From an uncultured delta proteobacterium (GTDB lineage Bacteria > Desulfobacterota > Desulfobacteria > Desulfobacterales > B30-G6): 64,000 nt of DNA. Below are positions 9,654 to 19,684 of the stretch, one piece after another (within the stretch, counting starts at the first letter, position 1; each line of letters opens with the position of its first letter). Position numbers and translations under genes: made by a program. A model generated the notes under the pieces. It was not told the origin of the DNA. It did no database searches and saw only the letters and a list, made by a program, of their open reading frames with translations. The stretch covers positions 992,001-1,056,000 of the forward strand of contig CAWGLD010000001.1 of assembly GCA_963823335.1 (NCBI GenBank), in the 5' to 3' direction.

Positions 9654-10440
9654 TTAAACCAGGATGTCGGTCATTTCGGCAAACCCGTATCCGCCGGGTT
9701 TTGTCGTAACCCACGCAGGCTCTACCTCCAGACGCCCCTTGAAGTCAAGGATGTTGGCCACACCAACAGAGTGGGGAAAAAATCCGAACATGGGGCAGTC
9801 ATTGGGTGAGTCTCCGATATAGAGAACCTGATCTTTGAGTTGATTCAAAGACAGGTTAAACACCTCATCAAAAAGGAGTTGGCTCATGGTCAGCTTGTCA
9901 TACATTACCAAACCAACCGTTAACATGGATGGAACTTTCCTTGGCTTGAGCGCCGGCCTGTTTGAAAATAGGAACAATCTTATCGATGGCTTCCGTTGAC
10001 AAGGGCGGAACATCTTCACAGAAATCGATGGCCAGGTCCGCTTCCCGGTAGGCCTGGTCAGCAGAGACACGGGCACCGGGAACCTTTTTTAGGATTTCCT
10101 GTTTTACGGTGTCCAGCGCTATCCGGTCCTTCCTTCGTGCCTCTTCCGACCTGTAATAGCGTCGGATCATTTTCTTTTGTTCAATGTCGTAGCGAAAATA
10201 GAATGCACCGTTTTCCCCCACCAGACCCGCCACAGGCCACATCCGGGCGATGTGATCACACCAACCGGCCGGTCGGCCGGTAATAGGGATTACGTGGATG
10301 TTGTTTTGCTGCAGTTTTTCCATGGCCGAAAAAACAACTGAAGGCAGGCGTCCATGAACCGTTAAGGTGTCATCAATATCCGTTAGAACAAACTGAATTT
10401 TTGACTTTGACCGTGATGGGAATTCTTTGAAAGGTTTCAT
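9654..10440 (-). pseudogene. HAD-IIB family hydrolase split by a single-base frameshift near 9903
   Basis: N-half has DIDDTLT and TGRPAGW...SSIHVNGWFGN; C-half (YDKLTM...IGDSPND) is in another frame. Removing one base joins them. Could be an assembly error. Confidence 0.8.
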
Positions 10441-10558
10441 GGTGTCATATTCGGCCATAGATGGCATGTTGGTCAATCTTTTTTTGACTTTACAAGGTGC
10501 CCTAGCGTAATGAAGTAGATAGAAAACGAGATTCGAACATACAGATGGGAACAAATTG

Positions 10559-11323
10559 ATGAAAGAAGAACCCTTCCTTTTCAACAGGCCTTTGATAATC
10601 GGGCATCGGGGATTTCCGGCCCAATATCCTGAAAACACCTTGGTGTCCTTCGAAGCAGCCGTTGTTGCCGGGGTCGGAATGATCGAACTGGACGTCACCT
10701 TGTCCCGGGATGCGGAAGTTGTTGTCATTCATGATGACACCCTGGACAGAACCACCAACGGAGCCGGTGCGGTGGATAGCCATACCTTGCCGCAACTGCG
10801 AAAGCTCGATGCCGGTGGGTGGTTTCACAAGAAATTTTCCGGCGAAAAAATTCCAACATTAGATGAAGTGCTGGATTCTTTGGTGGACAAGGCAATGATC
10901 AATGTCGAGATCAAACCAAGCGCCACCGGATCTCGATCGTATGTCGAGTTGATTGTTGAAAAAACCCTTGCGGCCGTAGAAACCAGAGACGTGCATCAAC
11001 GCATATTGATATCGAGCTTCGATCCTGAAATTTTAAAGGCTGTGGCTGGTGCGCAGCACCATCCTGAGATTGCGCTGCTGCTGGAGGAAGCCATCGGAGA
11101 AGGTGCCCTGGCGCTGGCTAAAGACCTGGGTGCTGTGTCCATTCATCCGAATATGGACACCCTGGATACCGAAACTGTCGACAGGGTTCGATGCAGGCGA
11201 TTATTTGTTTTTCCCTATAATGTTGATTCCGAAAAAAAAATTTTCCACGCTTTAAAAATGGGTGTCGATGGTATTTTTGTGGATGACCCCGTGATGGCCA
11301 TAATGTGTTATCAAAACAGATGA
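10559..11323 (+). CDS. Glycerophosphodiester phosphodiesterase (GDPD, UgpQ-like, no signal peptide)
   Basis: IIGHRG, PENTL, IELDV, HDDTLDRTT, IPTLDEVL and NVEIK motifs. Confidence 0.93.
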   Translation: MKEEPFLFNRPLIIGHRGFPAQYPENTLVSFEAAVVAGVGMIELDVTLSRDAEVVVIHDDTLDRTTNGAGAVDSHTLPQLRKLDAGGWFHKKFSGEKIPTLDEVLDSLVDKAMINVEIKPSATGSRSYVELIVEKTLAAVETRDVHQRILISSFDPEILKAVAGAQHHPEIALLLEEAIGEGALALAKDLGAVSIHPNMDTLDTETVDRVRCRRLFVFPYNVDSEKKIFHALKMGVDGIFVDDPVMAIMCYQNR

Positions 11324-11363
11324 TTGCTTTTTCATGGAGGGGTACTTTGCAAAGAGATAAAAT

Positions 11364-11393
11364 TTGACATTGCAATAAAAGCCTGATTAATTA
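11364..11393 (+). promoter_or_regulatory. Putative sigma70 promoter for the Pot-like operon
   Basis: TTGACA followed 17-18 nt later by TTAATT/TAATTA. Confidence 0.4.
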
Positions 11394-11546
11394 AAGTGTA
11401 TTCACAGGGCCTGTCGAGGGCTCGCTCTCAATCTCGCATACCGGAAACCATCATAATTCGCATCAAGTCTTAGTATGAACCGTCAATGGTGGCATTGAAA
11501 ACAAAAATGCACCTTATAACCTACGTTTAAAATAAGGAGAATAGCT

Positions 11547-12614
11547 ATGAAAAGAAAAGCATTGTTATTAATTTTTGGTTTGGTGTTCGTTTTCGGGACA
11601 ATTGGAACCGCTTCGGCCGAAACACTGGAGCTCTTGACGTGGAAAGGCTATGCACCACAGAATCTTGTAGATAAATTTGAAAGCGAGACCGGCATCACGG
11701 TCAAGGTTACCTATACGAACAATGAAGAAATGATTGCAAAACTGCGGGCAACACGTGGTGCAGGGTTCGACCTGGCCCAACCGAGCCAGGACCGTATTTC
11801 TTCTGTTCAAGAGAAATATAACATTTACCAGCCCATCGATCTGGCCAAAATTGAAACAGACCAGATTATTCCATCCATGCTGGAAGCCGTTAAGAAGAAT
11901 ACCCAAGTAAATGGAAAACCGCATGCGGTACCGTTTTGCTGGGGAACATCCGGTCTGGTGGTCAACAAGAAATTTGCACCCAATGCAGGCGACTATTCAG
12001 ATTTACTCAATGCGTTTTATAATGGACGTGTCAGCTACCGTCTCAAACGCCCGACGCTGATAGCACTGGCATTTGCAATGGGTGAAAATCCGTTTGCCAA
12101 ATACAGTAACGAAGAAGCTTATCAAATGCTGATGGACAAAGTGGGTCAGGCCATGATGGACGGCAAGGGCTTTGTACAGAACTACTGGACAAATGGGGAT
12201 GCGCTGCTACAAGCGATGCGGTCCAATGAGGTCTACGTTGCAATGGCCTGGGACGGTGCTGGATGGAAGTTGCATGAAGAAAACCCGAATATCGATTTTG
12301 TAGCGCCGCGAAGCGGTGCTTTGGGTTGGATTGATACTTTTGCTCTGCCGGCAAAAGCCAAAAACGTGGAAGGTGCTTATAAATGGATTAACTTCATGCT
12401 GAAAGCAGAAAACGCGGCTGCTTTTACCAACATGGAAAAATATGGAACGGCCTCTGCGGGAGCAATCTCACTTTTGGAGACGTCTGTTCGGGGCAATTTT
12501 GAACGCACTTTTCCCATAAAGGATATCAACAATATCAAATGGTATCCTCCGGTACCGGCCAATATTGAATCCATCGAGGGAAAAATTTTAGACAAGGTTA
12601 AAGCGTCTCAGTAA
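11547..12614 (+). CDS. PotD/PotF-like ABC substrate-binding protein
   Basis: Signal peptide, LTWKGY..FESETGITV, WGTSGL, MAWDG, WIDTF and AYKWINF motifs. AAGGAG RBS. Confidence 0.87.
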   Translation: MKRKALLLIFGLVFVFGTIGTASAETLELLTWKGYAPQNLVDKFESETGITVKVTYTNNEEMIAKLRATRGAGFDLAQPSQDRISSVQEKYNIYQPIDLAKIETDQIIPSMLEAVKKNTQVNGKPHAVPFCWGTSGLVVNKKFAPNAGDYSDLLNAFYNGRVSYRLKRPTLIALAFAMGENPFAKYSNEEAYQMLMDKVGQAMMDGKGFVQNYWTNGDALLQAMRSNEVYVAMAWDGAGWKLHEENPNIDFVAPRSGALGWIDTFALPAKAKNVEGAYKWINFMLKAENAAAFTNMEKYGTASAGAISLLETSVRGNFERTFPIKDINNIKWYPPVPANIESIEGKILDKVKASQ

Positions 12615-12661
12615 AAGAGAGAAGGCACTTGCGGTCCTTTGCGTCAATCATGAAAGGTCGC

Positions 12662-12701
12662 TCTTCATCCTCGCCATGCTATACGATAGCGGGGATGAAG
12701 A
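12662..12701 (+). other. Intercistronic hairpin after the PotD-like gene
   Basis: TCTTCATCCTCGC ... GCGGGGATGAAGA, 13 bp with one G.U pair. Confidence 0.6.
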
Positions 12702-12776
12702 TGCGATGGGGTAAAATTGAAGCTGACCGCCCATCGGGCTTCAGTCTCTTTCAGGGGGGTGGTATTACTAAGAACA

Positions 12777-13859
12777 ATGCAAATCGATCTGGCCGTTAAA
12801 AATATTATAAAAACGTTTCAAGAATTTACAGCGGTAGACGATGTCTCCTTCGACGTGCCGCAGGGTAATTTTTTTTCGATTCTGGGGCCGTCCGGGTGTG
12901 GGAAAACCACCCTGCTGCGGATGATTGCCGGTTTTACGGAACCGAACCGGGGGGATATTGTTATCAGGGGCAAAAGTGTCCTCGACACACCACCCAACAA
13001 GCGACCGGTCAACCTGATATTTCAGCACCTGGCGCTATTTCCCATGATGAATGTTTCCCAAAACATTGCCTTTGGGCTGCAGCGCAGAAAGGAGAGCCGG
13101 GCCGAGATCGCCACCAAAGTTGAAGCCATACTGGAAAGGGTTGGCTTGCCGGGATTTGGTGAGAAGAAGATCGATCAACTGTCAGGCGGCCAGCAGCAGC
13201 GTGTCGCCATCGCGCGGAGCCTGGTGATGGACCCGACGGTGCTGTTGCTGGACGAACCTTTAGGGGCGCTGGACCTCAAGTTAAGAGACCAGATGAAGGT
13301 GGAGCTGAAAAAGCTTCAGTCCCAGGTCGGCACCACATTTGTTTATATCACCCACGATCAATCCGAAGCATTGGTGATGTCCGATCACGTTGCCGTGATG
13401 AATGCAGGTCGATTCGAACAGATCGACACTCCTCAGAACCTGTACAATAACCCCAAAACACCGTTTGTTGCCAGATTTGTCGGTGAAAACAACGCCTGGT
13501 CCGGTCGGGTTGTCAAGGCTGATGATGATCTGGTGTATATAGAGACCGATGAGGGACAGAAATTTCGCGTAAGACCAAAACATACGATATTGCAGGGAAC
13601 GCAGATCGATTTGTTTCTGCGGCCGGAAGCCATGTTAATCCAGCCGGACCCGAGTTTATCCACGCTCAACCGGTTTGAGGTGGTGGTCAAGGCCATTCTT
13701 TTCGATGGGGCCAACAGCCGCCTGCTGGTGAATCCACTGCAATCGAGCCGGGAAATACTTATCGCCCTGCCCCAGAACCGGCAGTACGATCACATCCGGG
13801 TTGCCGACAGGATCGAAGTCGGCTGGGATCTTAATTCCGGTATCTGTTTCCAAAAATAA
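12777..13859 (+). CDS. PotA-like ABC ATP-binding subunit
   Basis: [25 protein letters not shown] and [13 protein letters not shown] motifs. Confidence 0.92.
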   Translation: MQIDLAVKNIIKTFQEFTAVDDVSFDVPQGNFFSILGPSGCGKTTLLRMIAGFTEPNRGDIVIRGKSVLDTPPNKRPVNLIFQHLALFPMMNVSQNIAFGLQRRKESRAEIATKVEAILERVGLPGFGEKKIDQLSGGQQQRVAIARSLVMDPTVLLLDEPLGALDLKLRDQMKVELKKLQSQVGTTFVYITHDQSEALVMSDHVAVMNAGRFEQIDTPQNLYNNPKTPFVARFVGENNAWSGRVVKADDDLVYIETDEGQKFRVRPKHTILQGTQIDLFLRPEAMLIQPDPSLSTLNRFEVVVKAILFDGANSRLLVNPLQSSREILIALPQNRQYDHIRVADRIEVGWDLNSGICFQK

Positions 13860-13982
13860 AATCGCTTGGACGATTTTATCTGGCGCGGCTTTGCCGCTAT
13901 TTCCGTCGTAGGTTAATAGCGCTGAGTTATAAATTTGCAAACTGTCAAAGACAGAACATTAAACTGGCCGGATTACAGATTT

Positions 13983-14840
13983 ATGAAAAAGAGCATTCGA
14001 TGGGGATTGGTTATCTTTATTTCGCCGGTACTGCTCTGGCTGTTTCTGCTCATTGTTCTGCCACAGATTGATCTCTTGATCATGTCATTCCGGATCGAAG
14101 ATAAATTTGGAAATCCCACCTGGAGTATCTCCAATTATCTCGCTTTTTTTCAAGAACCGGTTTACTGGCTGACCTTTACTCGCACGGCAGCCTATTCCAT
14201 CCTGGTTACCCTGTTGACGATCATTGTGGCGCTGCCCGTGGCATTTTTTATCACCAAGGTGGTGGACTACCGCTACAAAGGCTTTTTGACCATGCTCCTG
14301 CTGCTTCCCTTCTGGGTCAGTGAACTGGTGCGGGTGTATGGGTGGATGATTCTTCTGAGAGAAAGCGGCGTCATCAACCACTTCCTGTTGAAAACCGGTC
14401 TGCTGAAACAACCCATCGAGATGCTGTATAACGATGTAACCATGGTGATGGGACTGGTTTACACCTGCATGCTTTTCATGGTGATTCCGATTATTTCGGT
14501 GCTCGACAGTCTGGACGACAGTCTTATCGAGGCAGCCTACGATCTCGGGGCCAACATGTGGACGATTCTGGTAAAAATCATCATTCCCCATTCCATGCCG
14601 GGCATCGTTTCCGGAGCCATTGTCGTGTTTATGCTGACCCTGGGCAATTATCTGACGCCCAACCTGATGGGGGGCAAGAACTCCCTGTGGTTCACAGAGC
14701 AGATATACAATCAGTTCATTGCCAGTTTTAACTGGAACCAGGGATCCGCATTTGGGTTTCTGCTGTTGGTGCTTTCTTCCCTGGTGATCTGGACCGGTTT
14801 GAAACTGACCAAACAGAAGCTGAGCAAGGTGGTGAAATGA
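13983..14840 (+). CDS. PotB-like ABC permease
   Basis: LLPFWVSELVRVYGW and LIEAAYDLGA motifs. Confidence 0.9.
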   Translation: MKKSIRWGLVIFISPVLLWLFLLIVLPQIDLLIMSFRIEDKFGNPTWSISNYLAFFQEPVYWLTFTRTAAYSILVTLLTIIVALPVAFFITKVVDYRYKGFLTMLLLLPFWVSELVRVYGWMILLRESGVINHFLLKTGLLKQPIEMLYNDVTMVMGLVYTCMLFMVIPIISVLDSLDDSLIEAAYDLGANMWTILVKIIIPHSMPGIVSGAIVVFMLTLGNYLTPNLMGGKNSLWFTEQIYNQFIASFNWNQGSAFGFLLLVLSSLVIWTGLKLTKQKLSKVVK

Positions 14841-15691
14841 TTCGCTCGCTGCCCAATACCCGATCCTACCTTCTCGGATTCAAACTGTATATCTTTTTAT
14901 ACTTTGTTTTTCTGTTTGCACCTTTGCTGGTGACATGCATCCTGGCATTCAACGACTCACAGTTCCCCTCTTTGCCCTGGAAGGGTTTTACCATCGAGTG
15001 GTTTACCGGCAATCTCACCGAACGGGTGGGTATTTTCCACGATGCAATCAACCTTTACAGTATGTGGGTCAGTGCCAAGACCGCTTTTTTCGTGACGATT
15101 TTATCGGTGAGCGTTGGCACCTGTGCGGCTTTTCTGTTTGAACAGGAAGATTTTCGCTTCAAACAAGGACTGTACTTCCTGATGCTTTCCCCCCTGGTCA
15201 TACCTGGGGTCATTCTGGGCATATCGCTCCTGCTGTTCAGCAATACCCTGGGAATGTTTTTTGAGGATCACTGGGCACTGGATGTGGGTCTGTTCCGGCC
15301 GGGTTTCTGGCTGGTGGTTCTGGGTCAGTTTTCATTCATTGCCACCCTGGTGACCCTGGTGGTGTCCGCCCGCTTGAAAAAATTTGATCGTACCCTGGAG
15401 GAAGCGGCCATGAATCTGGGGGCCAACCGCTTCGAAGTAATCTGGCATATCACGCTGAAGTTTTTGCGTCCCGCCATCATCGGTGCTGGTGCCGTGGCCT
15501 TTCTCATGTCCTTCGAAAACTTCAACACCACCCTCTTCCTGGTGGGTTCGGACGCCACCCTGCCCATCAACCTCTATCTTCAGGTAAGAGACGGCAGCAC
15601 GCCGGTAATCAATGCCATCTCGTTTCTCCTGATCGTCGGAACTTCCACGGCTGCGGTTGCCAATCTCTATTTCAGCAAAAAAGAACCTTAA
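14837..15691 (+). CDS. PotC-like ABC permease
   Basis: PLVIPGVILG, LEEAAMNLGA and FLMSFE motifs. ATGA overlap with the previous gene. Confidence 0.9.
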   Translation: MIRSLPNTRSYLLGFKLYIFLYFVFLFAPLLVTCILAFNDSQFPSLPWKGFTIEWFTGNLTERVGIFHDAINLYSMWVSAKTAFFVTILSVSVGTCAAFLFEQEDFRFKQGLYFLMLSPLVIPGVILGISLLLFSNTLGMFFEDHWALDVGLFRPGFWLVVLGQFSFIATLVTLVVSARLKKFDRTLEEAAMNLGANRFEVIWHITLKFLRPAIIGAGAVAFLMSFENFNTTLFLVGSDATLPINLYLQVRDGSTPVINAISFLLIVGTSTAAVANLYFSKKEP

Positions 15692-15791
15692 AGTCTAAAA
15701 AGCGATTTTGCCGTTCTTTTGTTGGTATGTTTCCCACATGTGTGGGGATGAAACAATCGTTTCACTCTTCAGGGTTACGCAACTTTTCGAG

Positions 15792-17078
15792 TTAGGATGC
15801 GTTGTAATCGAGAAAGGCGTTAACCGCTGCGTAGGCTGTTGCAATGGCCAGACCGGATCCGCACTTCTGACGCATCCAGTCCTGATGGGCCAGGATCGAG
15901 CCGGCGGCGAACAGGTTTTCGTGGGCGGGTTTCCCCGAGCGGTCCAGGGGCCGAAACCGGTCATCGGTTACAATACCGGCTCGATTGACGGGATGACCGG
16001 CAGGGTCCAGGAATTCATAACAATGCCATTCATTCCTTTTGTAAGGCTGATGTACCGGCAGGTCAAAAATGGACTCGCGGATTTGCCTGCGGTCTGCAGA
16101 TAGCCCCTTTCCCAGAAAACGGCCGCTGGCCAGCACGATTCCCCTGGTTTTGATGAGAATTTCCGGCGAGGTATCCCCAATTTGTACGACAAACTCCTTT
16201 CCATGCACCTGGACACCCATGACACGTTTCTGAAAAAACCGCCGAACACCCTTGGCCGGGAGGTTCGATTCAAAAATCTCCTTGATGCGGAGTCCGGGTA
16301 TGGATGGGGGCATGGTGGGGATCTCGAACATGGGAACACCCACCTGTTTTTCAATGTCTGTCAGGATCTTGTGGGAATCCTGTATACCAAAAACAGCAGG
16401 CAATCCCAGGAAGCGGGCCTTCTTTAAATGCGGTCGAAGTTCATCTGCAAGGGCTTTGCGGGTCTGGGGAATTACCAGCGACCTGGCCAGGGGCTCAAGA
16501 TACACTTCGCCCTGGCTTGCCGAGCCGGGAAAGGAAATGGTCACATGATCCAGACCGGGCCAGAGCGATGTAAACGATGCGACGATTTGACGGGCACTGA
16601 ACCCCTTGAGACCTTCAATATCGACAATGAGACAGGGCTCTTTTGTTTCGAGTGCCTTAACGCCGTTCCACATGGTTTTGGGAATGAAATAAGAGGGTTT
16701 GACGGTGCCGACAGGTGTCAAAACAAGCGCATTTTGTCTGTCATGCCGGACATAAACCAGCCCGGATGCATTTAGGAACGCGATCAATTCTTCAAAGGCA
16801 TCTTGAATGATTGACGGAGGAATCCTGGCATAGGGATGATCCGGGATATCCCGACACAGGTCTTCAATGCCCTCCCAGGGATCTTTCCTTCTGGTTCTAT
16901 GCTTCACCGGGTGGACACCCATAAGGTCCAGTAAGCCGCTGGCAAAGATGATTTCACTGGCGACACCCACCTGTACCGTATCGATACCTCTGCTGCCCGC
17001 AAAAAGAGACGCCGCCATACCTGCCATACCGGCACCGATAATCACCAGGTCGCAGTCCATGTCAAAAGTATCCATCAT
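15792..17078 (-). CDS. glpB: Anaerobic glycerol-3-phosphate dehydrogenase subunit B
   Basis: GAGMAG FAD motif, FEIPTMPPSIPGLR, LASGRFLGKGL, CGSGLAIAT. Overlaps the glpA end. Confidence 0.9.
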   Translation of the reverse strand: MMDTFDMDCDLVIIGAGMAGMAASLFAGSRGIDTVQVGVASEIIFASGLLDLMGVHPVKHRTRRKDPWEGIEDLCRDIPDHPYARIPPSIIQDAFEELIAFLNASGLVYVRHDRQNALVLTPVGTVKPSYFIPKTMWNGVKALETKEPCLIVDIEGLKGFSARQIVASFTSLWPGLDHVTISFPGSASQGEVYLEPLARSLVIPQTRKALADELRPHLKKARFLGLPAVFGIQDSHKILTDIEKQVGVPMFEIPTMPPSIPGLRIKEIFESNLPAKGVRRFFQKRVMGVQVHGKEFVVQIGDTSPEILIKTRGIVLASGRFLGKGLSADRRQIRESIFDLPVHQPYKRNEWHCYEFLDPAGHPVNRAGIVTDDRFRPLDRSGKPAHENLFAAGSILAHQDWMRQKCGSGLAIATAYAAVNAFLDYNAS

Positions 17079-18627
17079 TGAGTTCCACACCAAATAGCCC
17101 GCAGTACAGGGCTTCCTTGAGTTCGGCCTGAATAAGAGAGGTGTCCCAGAGAAGCGGTCTTTCCCCCCGCCATCTTTCAGAAACAAAAGCACGGATGTTC
17201 TCCAAACCATCCCTGCCGGTCATCTCTTCAATGTCGTAAAGATACGCTGCGATTCTCTGGGCGCAAAAGGTGCCCTGGCAGGTACCCTTGCCTATCCGGC
17301 TGCGTAAACCCAGGGCGACCAGGTCGGGTTTCCCGTTTTGTTCATGGATGGATTGTGCCAGGCTGTTGACCACGCTTTTGGGAACCATTTCGCACTCACA
17401 CAGCAAAAGATCTTGAGGGTCATTGTGTTTTATCCACAGCTTTGGTGCAATGCCCGGCTTGGTCCAGCTGGTTGCGGGTACGGCAGGGAGAGGCTCTGTT
17501 CGTGTCACACAGGGCCTGGCGACACCGAGTTTTGTACAGACAAGGTCCGCGGTTTTTTCCGCCATAAGACGATAGGTGGTCAATTTACCACCCGTGATGG
17601 TGGCAAAGTTTTTCAGCCCGTCCACTTCGTGATCTATCAGGGTGAAACTGCGGCTGATACGTCGGCCCCCCTCTTCCGCAGATGTGCCAACAAGTGGGCG
17701 GACACCGGCATAGGCGCGGATATAGCGCGTCATCTCCAGCTCCGGAATCATGGCGGAGCCCTCACCTACGATGGCATCAATTTCCTTCACCGTCGGGAAA
17801 ATAGTATCCAGGTTTTCAATCCGGATGGAGGTTGTGCCCAGAATGGAAACAGTTCCGCCGGGCACCAGGATGTCGGCATTGGAAGATGGGCGCAGGCGGT
17901 TGATGACACGTTCGGTTAAGCGATTATGGGTAACCAGGAGACTTCCCTTTGAATACAGCAGATCGATTTGGCATCCTGCAAGGGCAGCGATTTCCTTGGC
18001 CCAGGCACCACTGGCGTTTACAACCTGATCTGCCTCGACCATGAAGTGCTCATGGGTCAGGAGGTTTATCAGTTTTGTTGCCGTAATTTGTTTCTTTGTA
18101 ATTTGAAAACCCACCACCTGGGAGTGACGTAGGAGATCACATCCGAGGGTTCTGGCCTGGTGGATATTTTCCATGGAGAGCTTGAAGGGGCCGATGGAGG
18201 CGTCTTGAACCTGGAAGGCCGCGATGGTCTTGCTGGAAAGTGCCGGCTCCATCTCACGGGCTTCCTTGATGTCGAGCTCTTTTACCGGGATCCGGCTTTT
18301 GGCGCATAACCGGGGAAACTCGGAAATATATGTTTCGTCATCACCCGCCACGGCAACAAAGAGCCCGCCGGTATCTTCGATGCAATCGGGCGCCATTTTT
18401 TTTAAGATGCGCCCCTCATCCCGGCATTCTTCAGCCGAGTGCGCATCGCTGGATACGTATCTTGCACCACTGTGAAGAAGGCCATGGTTGGCCCCGGAAG
18501 CACCGGCGTTGATGTCGTGTTTTTCTACGATGACACAGTTTACCCCCCGAAGCGCAAGGTCTCGGGCGATACCGGCACCGGTGATGCCACCTCCAACAAT
18601 GAGGACCTGGGTTTTCACGATCTGCAT
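17062..18627 (-). CDS. glpA: Anaerobic glycerol-3-phosphate dehydrogenase subunit A
   Basis: GGGITGAG, NHGLLHSGARY, AGVRPL, GGKLTTYRLMAE, and a C-terminal BFD-like CECE...CQG..C. Confidence 0.93.
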   Translation of the reverse strand: MQIVKTQVLIVGGGITGAGIARDLALRGVNCVIVEKHDINAGASGANHGLLHSGARYVSSDAHSAEECRDEGRILKKMAPDCIEDTGGLFVAVAGDDETYISEFPRLCAKSRIPVKELDIKEAREMEPALSSKTIAAFQVQDASIGPFKLSMENIHQARTLGCDLLRHSQVVGFQITKKQITATKLINLLTHEHFMVEADQVVNASGAWAKEIAALAGCQIDLLYSKGSLLVTHNRLTERVINRLRPSSNADILVPGGTVSILGTTSIRIENLDTIFPTVKEIDAIVGEGSAMIPELEMTRYIRAYAGVRPLVGTSAEEGGRRISRSFTLIDHEVDGLKNFATITGGKLTTYRLMAEKTADLVCTKLGVARPCVTRTEPLPAVPATSWTKPGIAPKLWIKHNDPQDLLLCECEMVPKSVVNSLAQSIHEQNGKPDLVALGLRSRIGKGTCQGTFCAQRIAAYLYDIEEMTGRDGLENIRAFVSERWRGERPLLWDTSLIQAELKEALYCGLFGVELNDGYF

Positions 18628-18710
18628 TCTTGATGCTCCCGCAATGCTGTTTGGCAATGTCGACAAGTCATTATCTCATAAAAGCAGGGTATAAGGCAAG
18701 GACTTGGGAG

Positions 18711-18744
18711 ATTCCCTGCAGCTTGCGGCAGGGAATTCTTCAAT
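18711..18744. repeat. Short palindromic (REP-like) intergenic element
   Basis: ATTCCCTGC-AGCTTGCG-GCAGGGAAT inverted repeat followed by TCTTCAAT. Related copy at 1217-1248. Confidence 0.5.
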
Positions 18745-18810
18745 TGACAACCAGCACAGACTTGTTTAGAAGAACGTGAATACGACAAACACTGCTCGAA
18801 AGGAATCAGA

Positions 18811-19605
18811 ATGAACGAAAAAGAAGGAATGGCCAGTATTGATCCGGTTCAACTAGGTCAAGACAGCCGGTTTAAATTCAAGTGCCACAAAGATGTGACA
18901 TGTTTTACCAAATGCTGCAGAGAAATCAAAATTACCCTGACACCCTATGATATTCTGCGGCTTAAAAAAAGATTGAACCTGTCCTCCGAAGAGTTTTTGG
19001 CCGTTTACACGGACCTGCACCTACTGGAGAAAACAGACCTGCCGGTGGTCACCCTGAAACTCATGGAAGACCAGGGGGACGCCTGTCCTTTTGTAAGAGA
19101 GGACGGGTGCATTGTCTATCAAGACCGGCCCACCACATGCCGTTATTATCCTCTGGGGGTTGCTTCACTTAGCCACAAGGAAGGCGCGGACGATGAAGGG
19201 TTTTATTTTTTTGTCAACGAGCCGCACTGCCTGGGGTTTGAAGAAGATAGGACCTGGTCGGTCAAGGAATGGCGCCAGGACCAGGGCGTCGATATTCATG
19301 ATGAAATCAATAAAAACTGGACAGATCTGGTGGTTAGAAAACGATCCTTTCCCCCCAATATCAAGCTGACCGACCAGGCAAAAAAAATGTTCTTTATGAT
19401 CAGCTATAATATCGATAAATTCAGGCAGTTTGTATTTGAGAGCTCCTTTCTGGAACGTTTCGATGTGGACGAAAAAACGCTGCAGAAAATCAAGCAAGAC
19501 GATGTGGCTCTTCTCAACTACGGTATTGAGTGGTTAAAAGAGATTCTTTTCAAGCAGACATCACCGGAGGATCAAGCGGCGGTGGTTAAAAGCAAAAAGA
19601 GCTAA
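18811..19605 (+). CDS. YkgJ family cysteine-cluster (Zn/Fe-chelating) protein
   Basis: FKC...CFTKCC, CPF....GCIVYQDRPTTCRYYP and HCLG motifs. Confidence 0.88.
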   Translation: MNEKEGMASIDPVQLGQDSRFKFKCHKDVTCFTKCCREIKITLTPYDILRLKKRLNLSSEEFLAVYTDLHLLEKTDLPVVTLKLMEDQGDACPFVREDGCIVYQDRPTTCRYYPLGVASLSHKEGADDEGFYFFVNEPHCLGFEEDRTWSVKEWRQDQGVDIHDEINKNWTDLVVRKRSFPPNIKLTDQAKKMFFMISYNIDKFRQFVFESSFLERFDVDEKTLQKIKQDDVALLNYGIEWLKEILFKQTSPEDQAAVVKSKKS

Positions 19606-19614
19606 AAGCAATCA

Positions 19615-19653
19615 AAAAACCCCTTCTTGCTTATATTGAAAGAAGGGGTTTTT
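19615..19653. terminator. Bidirectional intrinsic terminator
   Basis: AAAAACCCCTTCTT ... AAGAAGGGGTTTTT between the convergent YkgJ and dapA genes. Confidence 0.8.
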
Positions 19654-19684
19654 GTATTTCATCCCGGAGCCACAAGACTGTGTT

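Noticed and set aside
9898-9900. Selenocysteine read-through of the TGA in the HAD gene
   Set aside because: Homology resumes in a different frame, so read-through would not restore the protein.
15695-15964. Possible glpC remnant after glpB
   Set aside because: No ferredoxin or CCG motifs, and it mostly overlaps glpB.
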